Assembly (NCBI GenBank): GCA_965223845.1
Contig: CBDCXR010000004.1
Span: forward strand, 6,656,001-6,720,000
Direction of reading: 5' to 3'
Length of the DNA: 64,000 nt
Source of the DNA: Planctomycetota bacterium
Lineage (GTDB): Bacteria; Planctomycetota; UBA8108; SXIK01
Position numbers and translations under genes: made by a program. This document shows positions 39,820-49,241 of the stretch, in pieces. Each line of letters begins with the position of its first letter. The stretch's first letter is position 1. The notes beneath the pieces are model-generated. The model was not told where the DNA came from. It was given only the letters and a program-made list of their open reading frames with translations, and searched no databases.

Positions 39820-40938
39820 ATGGCGGTGACCGACGCCGAATTCCGCCCTCAGATCGATTCCTACAGCGGCCCGCTCGACCTGCTGCTGTTCCTCGTGAAG
39901 AAGGACGAGGTCGACGTCTTCGACATTCCGATCGCCCGCGTGATCGAGCAGTACCGTGGATTCCTCACGCTGCTGCAGGAAATCGATCCCAACGCCTGCG
40001 GTGAATTTCTCGTTCTCCTCGCGCAGCTCATCGAAATCAAGTCGAAGCTGCTTCTTCCCCGGGAGATCGTCGAGGGCGAGGACGAGGAGTACGAAGACCC
40101 CCGGCTCGAGCTCGTCCAGCAGCTCCTCGAGTTCAAGAAGTACAAAGAGCGCGCGCTGCTTCTCGAGTCGCGCTACGAGGAGTTCAGCCGGCGCTACCGG
40201 CGTCCCGCGGTGGCGCTTCCCGAGTTCGATGAGACCGCGACCGGACCCGTGTTCGTCGGGAAGGTCACGGTGTGGGATCTCCTCACGGTCTTTCAGCGCA
40301 TCCAGCTTTCGCTCGGGGAGCGCGGACCCCACCGCGTCGTCCTCCACGAGCGCTCGATCGAAGAATACACCGCCGACGTCGAGCTCGTTCTCTGCGAAGC
40401 GCCGAGCGGACGACTCCTTTTCTCCGCTCTCTTCGCGAACGTCACCTCGCGCGACGATGCGATCGGTCTTCTCCTCGCCGTGCTCGAGATGGCGAAGACC
40501 TACCGCGTCGCCATCGAGAGAGACGACGGCGCGGTAGTCGAGGAAGGGGACGAGCCGATCTACCTCCGGCTGCGGAGCCCGGAGGAAACCGAAGCGATCA
40601 TGGAGCAGCACCGCGCGGACGAAGCCGAAAACGCCGATCCCGCCGAGACGGCGCTCCTGCGCGGGGAGGGGGACGAGGCGCGGAAGGAACCGATCCGCTC
40701 GACCGAGGAGCGCGAGATCGACGACACCGTGCCGGATGGCGTCAACGAGAGCGATGACGCCGAGGTGCCGCCGGGCGCCAACCGCATCGATCGGTCTCTC
40801 CGCGGACCGAGTGCGAGCGAGCTCGCCGAGGAGCTCGAAGGAACGAAACGCCAAGCGGAAGACCGACACGGCGAAGCGCCCGATCCGGGTGGCGTGGAGC
40901 CCGACCCGGACGGGACGGAGCCCGAGCCGCGCTCGTGA
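39820..40938 (+). CDS. scpA: Segregation and condensation protein A with long acidic C-terminal tail
   Basis: YSGPLDLLLFLV..DIPIARVIEQY..EFLV..IKSKLLLP..DPRLELVQQLLEFKKYKE..LLAVLEM. Confidence 0.92.
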   Translation: MAVTDAEFRPQIDSYSGPLDLLLFLVKKDEVDVFDIPIARVIEQYRGFLTLLQEIDPNACGEFLVLLAQLIEIKSKLLLPREIVEGEDEEYEDPRLELVQQLLEFKKYKERALLLESRYEEFSRRYRRPAVALPEFDETATGPVFVGKVTVWDLLTVFQRIQLSLGERGPHRVVLHERSIEEYTADVELVLCEAPSGRLLFSALFANVTSRDDAIGLLLAVLEMAKTYRVAIERDDGAVVEEGDEPIYLRLRSPEETEAIMEQHRADEAENADPAETALLRGEGDEARKEPIRSTEEREIDDTVPDGVNESDDAEVPPGANRIDRSLRGPSASELAEELEGTKRQAEDRHGEAPDPGGVEPDPDGTEPEPRS

Positions 40939-41933
40939 AGCTCGTCTTCTTCGGATCGGGCGAGTTCGCAAAGCCCGTGCTCGAGCGTCTCGCCTCGCTT
41001 CGCGATGCGCATCCTCTGCTTCTCGTCGTCACGCGTCCGGCGCGTCCCGCCGGCCGAGGAAATCGTCTCCGCGAGACTCCGGTCGCCGAGCTCTGCCCGA
41101 AACTCGGCCTCGAATGCGTCGCGCCGGAGACGACGAAGGCGCCGGAATTCCTCGCGCGCATGGAGAAGCTCGACGCCGATCTCTACGTCGTCGCGGACTT
41201 CGGGGAGATTCTTCGCCCCGATCTCCTCGCGCTGCCGGCGATCGGAGTCTACAACCTTCACGGTTCGATCCTTCCGCGCTACCGCGGGGCGGCACCCGTC
41301 GCGCACGCGCTTCTCGCGGGGGAAGAGGAGACGGGAGTGACGCTCTTTCGGATCGAGCGCGGGCTCGATTCGGGGCCCGTTGTCGACACCGCGCGCCTTC
41401 CGATCGAACCGGAGGAGAACGCCGCCGAGCTCGAAGCTCGGCTCGCGCACCTCGCGGCGGATCTCATCGAGCGGAGCCTGCCGCGATTCGCCGGCGGTGA
41501 CGTCGAGGAAACTCCGCAGCGACACTCGGACGCGACCTTCGCACCGAAGCTCGAGAAGCGCGACGCCGAGATCGACTGGCGCCGGAGTGGGGTGGAGGTC
41601 TTGCGTCACGTGCGCGCGTACAACCCGGAGCCCGGCGCGTTCACCTTCCTCGAGCGCGAGGGTCGTTCTCGAGAGCGCACGGTCGTCCGCCGGGCGGGGA
41701 AGGCGCCGATCGAGGCGGTGCCTGCCGAAGCGACCGGCTCGCATTCGGGACCCGGCGCGATTCGCGCGACGAAGCGGCGACTCTTCGTCCTCTGCGGCGA
41801 GGAGGCGATCGAGATTCTCGAGCTCCAGCGTCCCGGAAAGGGTGCTGTCTCGGCGTCGGCCTACCTTCAGGGGCAGCGACTGGACGGTGCAGAGCGATTC
41901 GGAGTTTCGCCCGAGCGCGAAGGTTCGAGTTGA
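40935..41933 (+). CDS. fmt: Methionyl-tRNA formyltransferase
   Basis: MKLVFFGSGEFA, NLHGSILPRYRGAAP, GLDSGP, ATFAPKLEK, VRAYNPEPGA. Confidence 0.96.
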   Translation: MKLVFFGSGEFAKPVLERLASLRDAHPLLLVVTRPARPAGRGNRLRETPVAELCPKLGLECVAPETTKAPEFLARMEKLDADLYVVADFGEILRPDLLALPAIGVYNLHGSILPRYRGAAPVAHALLAGEEETGVTLFRIERGLDSGPVVDTARLPIEPEENAAELEARLAHLAADLIERSLPRFAGGDVEETPQRHSDATFAPKLEKRDAEIDWRRSGVEVLRHVRAYNPEPGAFTFLEREGRSRERTVVRRAGKAPIEAVPAEATGSHSGPGAIRATKRRLFVLCGEEAIEILELQRPGKGAVSASAYLQGQRLDGAERFGVSPEREGSS

Positions 41934-42037
41934 CAGTCGCGGTCCTCGCGACTGGGATGCGCGTCCCGAACTCAGAGGTCGACGAGAGAAAACCCCAAAC
42001 CCTTCGTGGTAAAACTCCTCAAGGCTCAAGCTAAGCG

Positions 42038-43441
42038 ATGGATCCACACCACAGCCCGGCAAACCCGCCGCCCGTTCACGCCGAGAACCGGCAGGCCGCG
42101 CTTGAGCTCCTGATTGCCGCCGACAAGGGCGGGGAGTTCATCGATGCACTTCTCGCTCGCGCGTACGATCAGGTGACGAAGCGGAATCGCCCGCTCCTTC
42201 AAGAACTCACGTACGGCGTGATCCGGCATCGCGGCACGCTCGACGTGCTCCTCGACTTCCACCTCCGCGCACCGCTCAGGCGACAAGAGCCCGCCATGGC
42301 TTGGGCGCTTCGACTCGGCGCCTACCAGCTCGTCTACTTGACGAAGATTCCGGCGCACGCCGCGGTCTACAACACGCTCGAAGCGCTCAAGCGGATCGGG
42401 AACTTCAACCGCAAGGCGATCGGCTTCGCGAACGCGGTCCTGCACAAAATCAGCGCGGAGGTGCGCTACAAGACTCCGGAGCCCGCGGACGATCCGGACG
42501 ATCCCACCGTGCTTCCGATCCGCGCGGGGTACTGCCATCTCACCCGACCGGTGCTTCCGCTTGTCCGCCTCGATCTCGCCGGGCACATCGCGCTCAAGTA
42601 CTCGCATCCGAAGTGGCTCGTCGAGCGCTGGCTCGCTCGCTTCGGCGACGACGAGGCACGGAGACTCTGCGCTTCGAACAACGAGACGCCGGTCGTCACG
42701 GCGCGCGTGACGGCGCTCGCTCCCTCCGAGGAAGAGGTTCTCGCGTCGCTCGCCGAGGAGGAGTTCGAGGTCGAGCGAACCGATTGTCGCGGCGTGTTTC
42801 GACTCCGTCGCGGTGATCTCCATAGCGCTCGAGCCCGTCGAGAGCGCTGGATCCAGATTCAGGACGAAACCGCGGTCCGCATCGGACGCGAGCTCGCGCC
42901 GCCGGCCGGAGCACGCGTCGCCGACCTTTGCGCCGCACCAGGCGGAAAAGCGGTGCAGCTCCTCGAGTGCGTGGAGGGATCCGGCCAGCTCGTCGCACTC
43001 GACGCGAACGACGAGCGTCTCGCGACTCTCGAAGAAACGCTCCGGGGCTACGGATCGTCGTACCGGGTCGAGCGTGCGCCGTCCGATCCCGACGATCTCA
43101 CCCTCGAAGATCGATTCACGCACATCCTCGTCGATGCGCCGTGCTCGAACACGGGCGTTCTCGGTCGGCGGCCGGAGGCGCGGTGGCGGATTCGCGAGCG
43201 CGATCTCGAAACGCTTCCGGAGCTCCAGGGAAAGCTCCTCGAGGCGGCCTATCGTCACCTCGAACCAGGCGGGCGACTCCTCTATTCGACCTGCTCGATC
43301 GAGCCCGAAGAGAACGAAGGCGCAATCGCGAGGTTCACCGCGGCGCACGACGATCTCACCGAGCTGAAGACCGAGTACTATCTCCCGCACCGCGCCGCGG
43401 GCGACGGAGGGTTCTTCAGCTTGCTGCTTCGCAGCCGCTGA
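42038..43441 (+). CDS. rsmB: 16S rRNA m5C967 methyltransferase (NusB-like plus RsmB domains)
   Basis: ELTYGVIR..LRLGAYQL, YSHPKWLVERW, DLCAAPGGK, LVDAPCSNTG, YSTCS; directly after fmt. Confidence 0.92.
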   Translation: MDPHHSPANPPPVHAENRQAALELLIAADKGGEFIDALLARAYDQVTKRNRPLLQELTYGVIRHRGTLDVLLDFHLRAPLRRQEPAMAWALRLGAYQLVYLTKIPAHAAVYNTLEALKRIGNFNRKAIGFANAVLHKISAEVRYKTPEPADDPDDPTVLPIRAGYCHLTRPVLPLVRLDLAGHIALKYSHPKWLVERWLARFGDDEARRLCASNNETPVVTARVTALAPSEEEVLASLAEEEFEVERTDCRGVFRLRRGDLHSARARRERWIQIQDETAVRIGRELAPPAGARVADLCAAPGGKAVQLLECVEGSGQLVALDANDERLATLEETLRGYGSSYRVERAPSDPDDLTLEDRFTHILVDAPCSNTGVLGRRPEARWRIRERDLETLPELQGKLLEAAYRHLEPGGRLLYSTCSIEPEENEGAIARFTAAHDDLTELKTEYYLPHRAAGDGGFFSLLLRSR

Positions 43442-43451
43442 GGCGCGAGAG

Positions 43452-43739
43452 TCATCCGATGCGATCCGCCGGATGCGGCACGCGGTCGACGAGCGGCAGG
43501 ACCTGCGGCTGGTAGATCTCGGTGTACGCCTTCGCCGTGCGGTGGACGTCGAGCGCGTCCTGGTCGCTCCACCACTCGTTGAGGAGAAACACCCGGCGAT
43601 CGCTCTGCGAGTGGTAGACCTCGAAGCGCTCGCAGCCCGGTTCTTCCTGCGAGAGGCGAGCTTGCTCGCCGAGGAGGCCTTTGACGCGGTCGATGTCTGA
43701 TTCATCGCGGACGGTGAGAATGACGTTGACGTGGATCAT
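43452..43739 (-). CDS. ABM-family (putative quinol monooxygenase) protein
   Basis: SQEEPGCERFEVY..FLLNEWWSDQDALDVHRTA. Confidence 0.85.
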   Translation of the reverse strand: MIHVNVILTVRDESDIDRVKGLLGEQARLSQEEPGCERFEVYHSQSDRRVFLLNEWWSDQDALDVHRTAKAYTEIYQPQVLPLVDRVPHPADRIG

Positions 43740-43976
43740 GTTTGGTCTCGGTGCCTTATCCGTTCCCGACAAACTTCATCTTCCCTCTTCCCTTTTCCTC
43801 TTCTCGCCTGTTTCTCCGTGCGAACGTTGTTCCGGGCGCAAGCTGAATCCTAAGCGCATGGACTCCTCTTCGGGAACGGGAACGGGAACCGGAGAGCAAA
43901 ACCCATCCGACATTGCGCCGCACCGCCGACGCAGCGACAATCGGTGCTGGATCGGGGTCATTCAAGGAGTCCGCCA

Positions 43977-45419
43977 GTGTATTCGAAATCGCCCACTCTC
44001 GGTGCCATCGCTCTCATCGCCGGCTTTCTCGCGGCCGCATCCACTCGCGCCGAGGAGCCGGCCGTTCGCATCGGTACGAACGCGGGAGAGCTTCACCCCG
44101 ACGTTCTTCTTCCCACGATCGACGGCGGAACGCTCCGTCTCTCCGATTATCGCGGGAAGAAGATCTTCCTCTTTCACTTCGCCTCGTGGTGAGCGGGCTG
44201 CCGACGCATTCTGCCCGTGTGGCAGAAAACGCTCGCGCCTCTCGTAACGGCGGGGAAGATCGTCGCCATCGGGGTCGTTCAAGAGCAGCACGCCGATCGC
44301 GCGCGACTCTACCGTCAGTGGCGAGAGCTCGATTGGCCGATTGCGATCGACTCGCTCAATCTCCTGGGTCACCGTGCGGTTCCCATCCCGATGGGGATCG
44401 ACGAGCACGGCGTCGTTCGCACGCCGAAGCTGAAACCGAACGAGATCGAAGAGTTTGTCGCGCTCGAGTTCGCGGCCCCGGGTCCGCTCCCGAAGGAGTT
44501 CCGCGCAACGCTGCCAGACCCCATCGCGCTCGCGGCTCGCGCTCGTTTCGCGCTGACGGCGGAGTCGTGGTTCGATCTCGGCGATGCGCTCTTTCTCTTT
44601 GGCGGTGAGTCGCGTCTCGGTGCAGCGATCGACGCGTACCGCCGGGGTCTCGAACGAGAGCCGAACGCCGCCCGGGGGCAGTTCCGTCTCGGCGTCGCGC
44701 TGCGGCGTCGGCACGATTCCTACGGGAGGACGAAGGGTGACGCCCAGGCCGCGGTCGACGCGTGGGGACGCGCGCTCGCGCTCGATCCGGGACAGTACAT
44801 CTGGCGCCGGCGGATTCAGCAGTACGGACCGCGTCTCGACAAGCCCTACAACTTCTACTTTTGGGTCGAAGAAGCGCGAAAGGAGATCCGCGCGCGGGGC
44901 GGAGCGCCGATCTCGCTCTCCGCCGAGCCGCGTGGCTCGGAGATCGCACCGCCGCGGAGCTCGAGCGACGCCGAGGATCGCCTCGCTCCGAAGGATGTCG
45001 ATCCGAAGCGCGGCCTTCCCGTCGACCGGAAGCGCCTCGTCGGCATCGACACGATCGTCACCCCGGCGCGCATTCGACCCGGTGAACGCGTTCGCGTCCG
45101 CGTGATCCTCCGGCTAGATGCGAAGCAACGCCCGTACTGGAACAACGAGAGCGCGGGGCTCTCCGTTTGGGCGAAGGAGTCGGGCGAATTTCGCATCGAG
45201 GAGGGCGAGTTTCGCTACGCGCCGCCCAAGTCCCCCGAGACCCGCGAGGAACGGGTGCTCGAGTTCGAGGCGGCCGTCGGCGCGGAGGCGTCGGGTCGAC
45301 TGAGCATCCCCGCGTACGCCGCATACGATGTGTGTCTCGACGCCGAGGGAGTTTGCTACCGCTACCGGCAGGACTTCGAGATCTCGGTCGAGGTCGATCC
45401 GGCGGCGGCGAAGATCTGA
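43977..45419 (+). CDS. Predicted exported selenoprotein: TlpA/AhpC-TSA thioredoxin domain (UxxC), TPR and DsbD-alpha-like domain
   Basis: Track ORFs 43944-44192 and 44217-45419 are in the same frame, separated only by TGA 44190-44192. They read LSDYRGKKIFLFHFASW-U-AGC-RRILPVWQ. GTG 43977 has an AAGGAG RBS and signal peptide; C-terminal YDVCLDAEGVCY. Confidence 0.85.
44193..44236 (+). promoter_or_regulatory. Putative bacterial SECIS element
   Basis: TTCTGCC-CGTGT-GGCAGAA 7-bp hairpin (44209-44227); loop begins 23 nt past the UGA with G at loop position 2; lower stem GCGGGC/GCTCGC. Confidence 0.7.
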
Positions 45420-45430
45420 GGGACCAGGAG

Positions 45431-45561
45431 GAAGAGGTTCACACGAAGGACCGCGAAGAAAGACGAAGGGAGAGGTAAGAGTAGGGGGTGGGAGTAGGAA
45501 GGATGGAGAAAAGAGAAAGAGGTTCACACGAAGTCTGCGCGCTTCGTGTGAACCTCTTTCT
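45431..45561. repeat. REP-like palindromic element, possible bidirectional terminator
   Basis: Perfect 20-bp inverted repeat AGAAAGAGGTTCACACGAAG (45514-45533)/CTTCGTGTGAACCTCTTTCT (45542-45561) with 8-nt loop; near-identical direct copy at 45431-45448; lies between convergent genes. Confidence 0.8.
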
Positions 45562-45591
45562 GCTTCGACTCCGGGCGCGGGACGCGCCGGT

Positions 45592-46725
45592 TCAGTCGCT
45601 CGCGGTCGGTGCCGATTCCGGCGCCCCTGCCGGCTCGCGCTTTGGGGCGGGTGCCTTCTCCCGGATGAGCGGTTCGACTTTCGACTTGAGCTGCTCGTAG
45701 TTGTGGTATCCGCTCACGCGATGGCGCACGGCCCCGTCGCGTCCGATGAAGAACGTCGTCGGGAAGCCGCGGAGATTCGGGACGGCCCCCAGTCTCTCGG
45801 CGGTGATCATCGTGAGCGGGTAATTGATCTTGTTGTCCTTTGCGAACTGCTCGACGCGCTTCGTCAAGAAGTCGTTCGGAGGCTGTCGCTCCCACGTAAG
45901 CCCAATCACGGCGAAGCCTTTGTCTTTGTACTCGTTTTGAAGCTGGACGAAGTGCGGGATCTCCATCTTGCACGGCGGGCACCACGTTCCCCAGATATCG
46001 AGGATGATCACCTTGCCGGCGAAGTCTTTCTCCTTGAGCTCCTTGCCGGCGAGATCCGGAAGCCCGTACGCGAGACGAGAGATGCCGCGGAGGCTCTTCT
46101 TCACGATCGCCTCGAACGTCTTGTCGCTCTTGAGAGAGGCGAACGCCGGTTCGCGTCGGATCTGATCACCGTTCCAGTAGCCCGCAGCCACCGCGTTGTC
46201 GAGGGTCGCTAGCGCGGCTTTCGAATCTTTTAGATGCGCGAAATTGACCGACCGCCGGAAGAGCACGCCGGCGAGATCGGAGGAAAAGCCTCCCGGCTGG
46301 AGCTTCGGCAGCGCGTCGATCGCTTTCTGAAGCACTTCGTTCGACTTCTTGAACTCGCCCGCCGTCGTGTGGTGCTCGGCGATGAATCCGTAGACCGCGG
46401 TCTTGTTCGCGTCCGCGGCCTTCTCGAGCTCGCCGTTGAGAAATGCGATCGCGGCGGCGTGGTCGCCGCTGGCGGCGAAATTGTTGTGCGCGCGCTCGAC
46501 GATGAACGGGCGGTTTGCGTTGCCGGCGGGGAGGATCTTGAGGATCTCTTCGTAACTTTTGTGCGCCCCGGGCCGGTCGCCGGCCTCCTCCTTCTGCCGG
46601 GCAGTTCCGAAGAGCTGCTGCAGCTTCTGAATGTCTTCTTGGCTGAGCGGGTTTTCTTGGGCGGAGACCGCCGCGGGCGCCACGCTCGCGCAGACGAGGA
46701 GAAACCAAGCTCGGAAAAGTTTCAT
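45592..46725 (-). CDS. Exported TPR plus TlpA-family thiol-disulfide oxidoreductase
   Basis: Signal peptide; TPR-like helices; DFAGKVIILDIWGTWCPPCKMEIP; RGFPTTFFIGRDG. Confidence 0.92.
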   Translation of the reverse strand: MKLFRAWFLLVCASVAPAAVSAQENPLSQEDIQKLQQLFGTARQKEEAGDRPGAHKSYEEILKILPAGNANRPFIVERAHNNFAASGDHAAAIAFLNGELEKAADANKTAVYGFIAEHHTTAGEFKKSNEVLQKAIDALPKLQPGGFSSDLAGVLFRRSVNFAHLKDSKAALATLDNAVAAGYWNGDQIRREPAFASLKSDKTFEAIVKKSLRGISRLAYGLPDLAGKELKEKDFAGKVIILDIWGTWCPPCKMEIPHFVQLQNEYKDKGFAVIGLTWERQPPNDFLTKRVEQFAKDNKINYPLTMITAERLGAVPNLRGFPTTFFIGRDGAVRHRVSGYHNYEQLKSKVEPLIREKAPAPKREPAGAPESAPTASD

Positions 46726-46913
46726 GAAAGACTCCGTCGGGGGGCGGTTCAGGGGAAATCGCCGGGGCGGGTGGTGATCGCGCCCGGTCCTTGTTTATAA
46801 CGGTTGCGCGCGTCGCGAAGTTCGGCTTTTTTCGCGGAACTCGGCTTCTCTCGAGCCGAATCTTGGGACTGTGGCCGAGGATCCCGAAGAACGGACAGGG
46901 GGTCGAACCCGAA

Positions 46914-47663
46914 ATGGCGGAGCAGAGAACGATCGTCGGTCCCACCCCTCGCGCCGCCGCTCTCCAGGCGGGGCGGATGCTCCGCCGCGCGTGCGACGAG
47001 GCGACCGGTGCGCGCGTTCGTGTCGTCTTCGCCGGCGGGACGACCCCGCGCGTCGTCTATGAGCTCCTCGTCGAGAAGTACCGCCGCGCGATTCCGTGGG
47101 AGCGCCTCGAGGTGTTCTTCGGTGACGAGCGCTCCGTCGGTCCGGAGGACCCCGAGTCGAACTTCGGTCTCGCCGAGCGCCACCTCTTTCCCGCCGTCCC
47201 GATTCCGCGCGAGCAGATTCACCGCATGCGCGGCGAGGCGGAAGATCTCGACCGCGCCGCCTCCGAATACGAAGAGAGGGTGCGGACGCTCGTTCCCCCC
47301 GGGAGCGCGGGCGTGCCGATGTTCGATCTCGTCTGGCTCGGCTTCGGCGCCGATGGCCATGTCGCGTCGCTCTTTCCGGGCACGCGCGCGTGCGACGAGC
47401 GCGAGAAGCTCGTCGTCGCGAATCCCGTCCCCGCGCTCGAGACGACGCGGCTCACGATGACGCTTCCCCTCCTCAGCGCCGCGCGCCGAGTACAGCTCCT
47501 CGTGACGGGCGAAGAGAAGGCGACCGCGATCGGCGACTACTTCGTACGTCGATCGAGCGAGTCACCCGCGCGTGCGATCGCGCCGGCCGACGAACTCGAG
47601 TGGGTTCTCGATCGGGCCGCGGCGACTGAGCTCACGCGGGACCTCTACGCCGATATGGAGTGA
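46914..47663 (+). CDS. pgl: 6-phosphogluconolactonase
   Basis: AGGTTP, FFGDERSV..SNF, FDLVWLGFGADGHVASLFPG, RLTMTLP, TGEEKA. Confidence 0.93.
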   Translation: MAEQRTIVGPTPRAAALQAGRMLRRACDEATGARVRVVFAGGTTPRVVYELLVEKYRRAIPWERLEVFFGDERSVGPEDPESNFGLAERHLFPAVPIPREQIHRMRGEAEDLDRAASEYEERVRTLVPPGSAGVPMFDLVWLGFGADGHVASLFPGTRACDEREKLVVANPVPALETTRLTMTLPLLSAARRVQLLVTGEEKATAIGDYFVRRSSESPARAIAPADELEWVLDRAAATELTRDLYADME

Positions 47664-47750
47664 TCTCGCGCGCCCGGTGACCGATCGGATCTCGCCGCGG
47701 AGCTGCGACGCCCGCGGCGCGCTCCCCGGCCCGAATCCGCGGCGCTCGGA

Positions 47751-48626
47751 CTAGCTGCTCTTCGCGGTCGGAACCGGTCGCGGCACTGCGTAGCTCTCAC
47801 TCTCGGCGGGGAACGAGCGCTCGCGGACGTCCTCGCGATACGCCGCGATCGCCTCGAGCCCGAGCGAGTAGCCGTCGAGATAGCGCCGGACGAACTTCGG
47901 TGCACGTCCGGGGATGAGGCCGAGGAGATCGGAGAACACGAGGATCTGACCGTCGCAGGCCGCGCCCGCGCCGATGCCGATCGTCGGGATGCGAAGGCGG
48001 CGAGTGATCGTCTCGGCCAGACTCACCGGGATCCCCTCGAGCACGATCGCGAACGCTCCCGCTTCCTCAAGGGCAATTGCATCATCCTCGAGGCGCGCGG
48101 CTTCGGCGGGCTGGCGTCCCTGAACCTTGTATCCACCCATCGCGTGGAGCGACTGCGGCGTGAGTCCGATGTGCCCCATCACCGGGATTTCGTTCTCGAC
48201 GAGCGCGCGGACGAGCTCGCCGCGCGCTGCGCCGCCCTCGAGCTTCACCGCCTCCGCGCCGCTCTTCACGAACCGAACGGCCGCGTCGAGCGTCGACGGG
48301 AGATCGACGTGGTACGAACCGAAGGGCATGTCCGCGACGAGGAGCGCGCGCTCGACTCCGCGCCTCACCGCGCGCACGGCGACGAGCATCTCGTCGAGCG
48401 TGACGGGGAGAGTGTTCGGATAGCCGAGCGCGGTATTCGCGAGACTGTCGCCGACGAGGATGATCTCCATCCCGCCCCGGTCGGCGAGCAAAGCCGACGG
48501 ATAGTCGTACGCCGTGAGCGCGCTGATCGGCCGACCGTCGCGCTTCCAATCGGCGAGACTCGGTACGGTGACCTTCTTTTCATCCGGGTCCCGACTCGGC
48601 GGGGGCGCGTTTTTTGGGCGCGTCAT
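47751..48626 (-). CDS. panB: 3-methyl-2-oxobutanoate hydroxymethyltransferase
   Basis: [51 protein letters not shown]. Confidence 0.97.
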   Translation of the reverse strand: MTRPKNAPPPSRDPDEKKVTVPSLADWKRDGRPISALTAYDYPSALLADRGGMEIILVGDSLANTALGYPNTLPVTLDEMLVAVRAVRRGVERALLVADMPFGSYHVDLPSTLDAAVRFVKSGAEAVKLEGGAARGELVRALVENEIPVMGHIGLTPQSLHAMGGYKVQGRQPAEAARLEDDAIALEEAGAFAIVLEGIPVSLAETITRRLRIPTIGIGAGAACDGQILVFSDLLGLIPGRAPKFVRRYLDGYSLGLEAIAAYREDVRERSFPAESESYAVPRPVPTAKSS

Positions 48627-49018
48627 CGCGAGCCTCCGTATACGGCTCCAGCGCGGATCGAGTCGCTCTTTTCGACGACCCGGTTGTCCTCGCCCAAGAG
48701 GAGGACGCGCGGGCGGTGCCGCCGCACTTCGGCCTCGTCGAACTGCGCGTAGCTGCAAACGATGATCTTGTCGCCCGGGTGGACAAGATGTGCGGCCGCT
48801 CCGTTCACGCAGAACTCACCGCTTCCGGGCTCACCCTCGATCGCGTAGGTCGTGAGGCGCGCACCCGACGTGACGTCGTAGATCGACACTTGCTCGTAGG
48901 GCCGGATGTCGGCCTCGGCGAGGAGGTCGGCGTCGATCGTGATGCTCCCCTCGTAGTCGAGGTTCGCTTCGGTGACCGTGGCTCGATGGAGCTTCGATTT
49001 GAGCAGGGTGCGGATCAC
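48623..49018 (-). CDS. panD: Aspartate 1-decarboxylase
   Basis: [23 protein letters not shown] (Gly-Ser self-cleavage site), RLTTYAI, NGAAAH; 4-bp overlap with panB. Confidence 0.97.
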   Translation of the reverse strand: MIRTLLKSKLHRATVTEANLDYEGSITIDADLLAEADIRPYEQVSIYDVTSGARLTTYAIEGEPGSGEFCVNGAAAHLVHPGDKIIVCSYAQFDEAEVRRHRPRVLLLGEDNRVVEKSDSIRAGAVYGGSR

Positions 49019-49116
49019 GGCGTCTCTCTCCCGGGCTGGGATGATCGCTCCGACGGGTGGCGCACGAGCCCTCCCGTTGATGAAAGCCTACTCCGTCCGG
49101 CAACTATCCCTCCAAT

Positions 49117-49141
49117 AAATACTGGATATGAATCAGTATTA
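49117..49141. promoter_or_regulatory. Inverted repeat, putative LysR-type operator between panD and the LysR gene
   Basis: TAATACTG-N9-CAGTATTA in an AT-rich patch; contains T-N11-A (49123-49135). Confidence 0.6.
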
Positions 49142-49241
49142 GTCGTAGGAATATCGGGGCTTCCCCTACAACGTTCGAACGTCGGCCCGAGGGCAGGCCG
49201 CGGACCGGACGCATCCGGCGAAGACGCGAGGGACTTCCGTC

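Noticed and set aside
43944-45419. Two separate genes, a nonsense pseudogene, or genome-wide TGA recoding
   Set aside because: The TGA is at the catalytic Cys position with a SECIS-like hairpin, and other genes (glyQS, fmt, rsmB) end normally at TGA, so Sec insertion fits best.
45431-45561. Possible CRISPR mini-array
   Set aside because: Only two direct copies plus one inverted copy, low-complexity spacer, and no cas genes.
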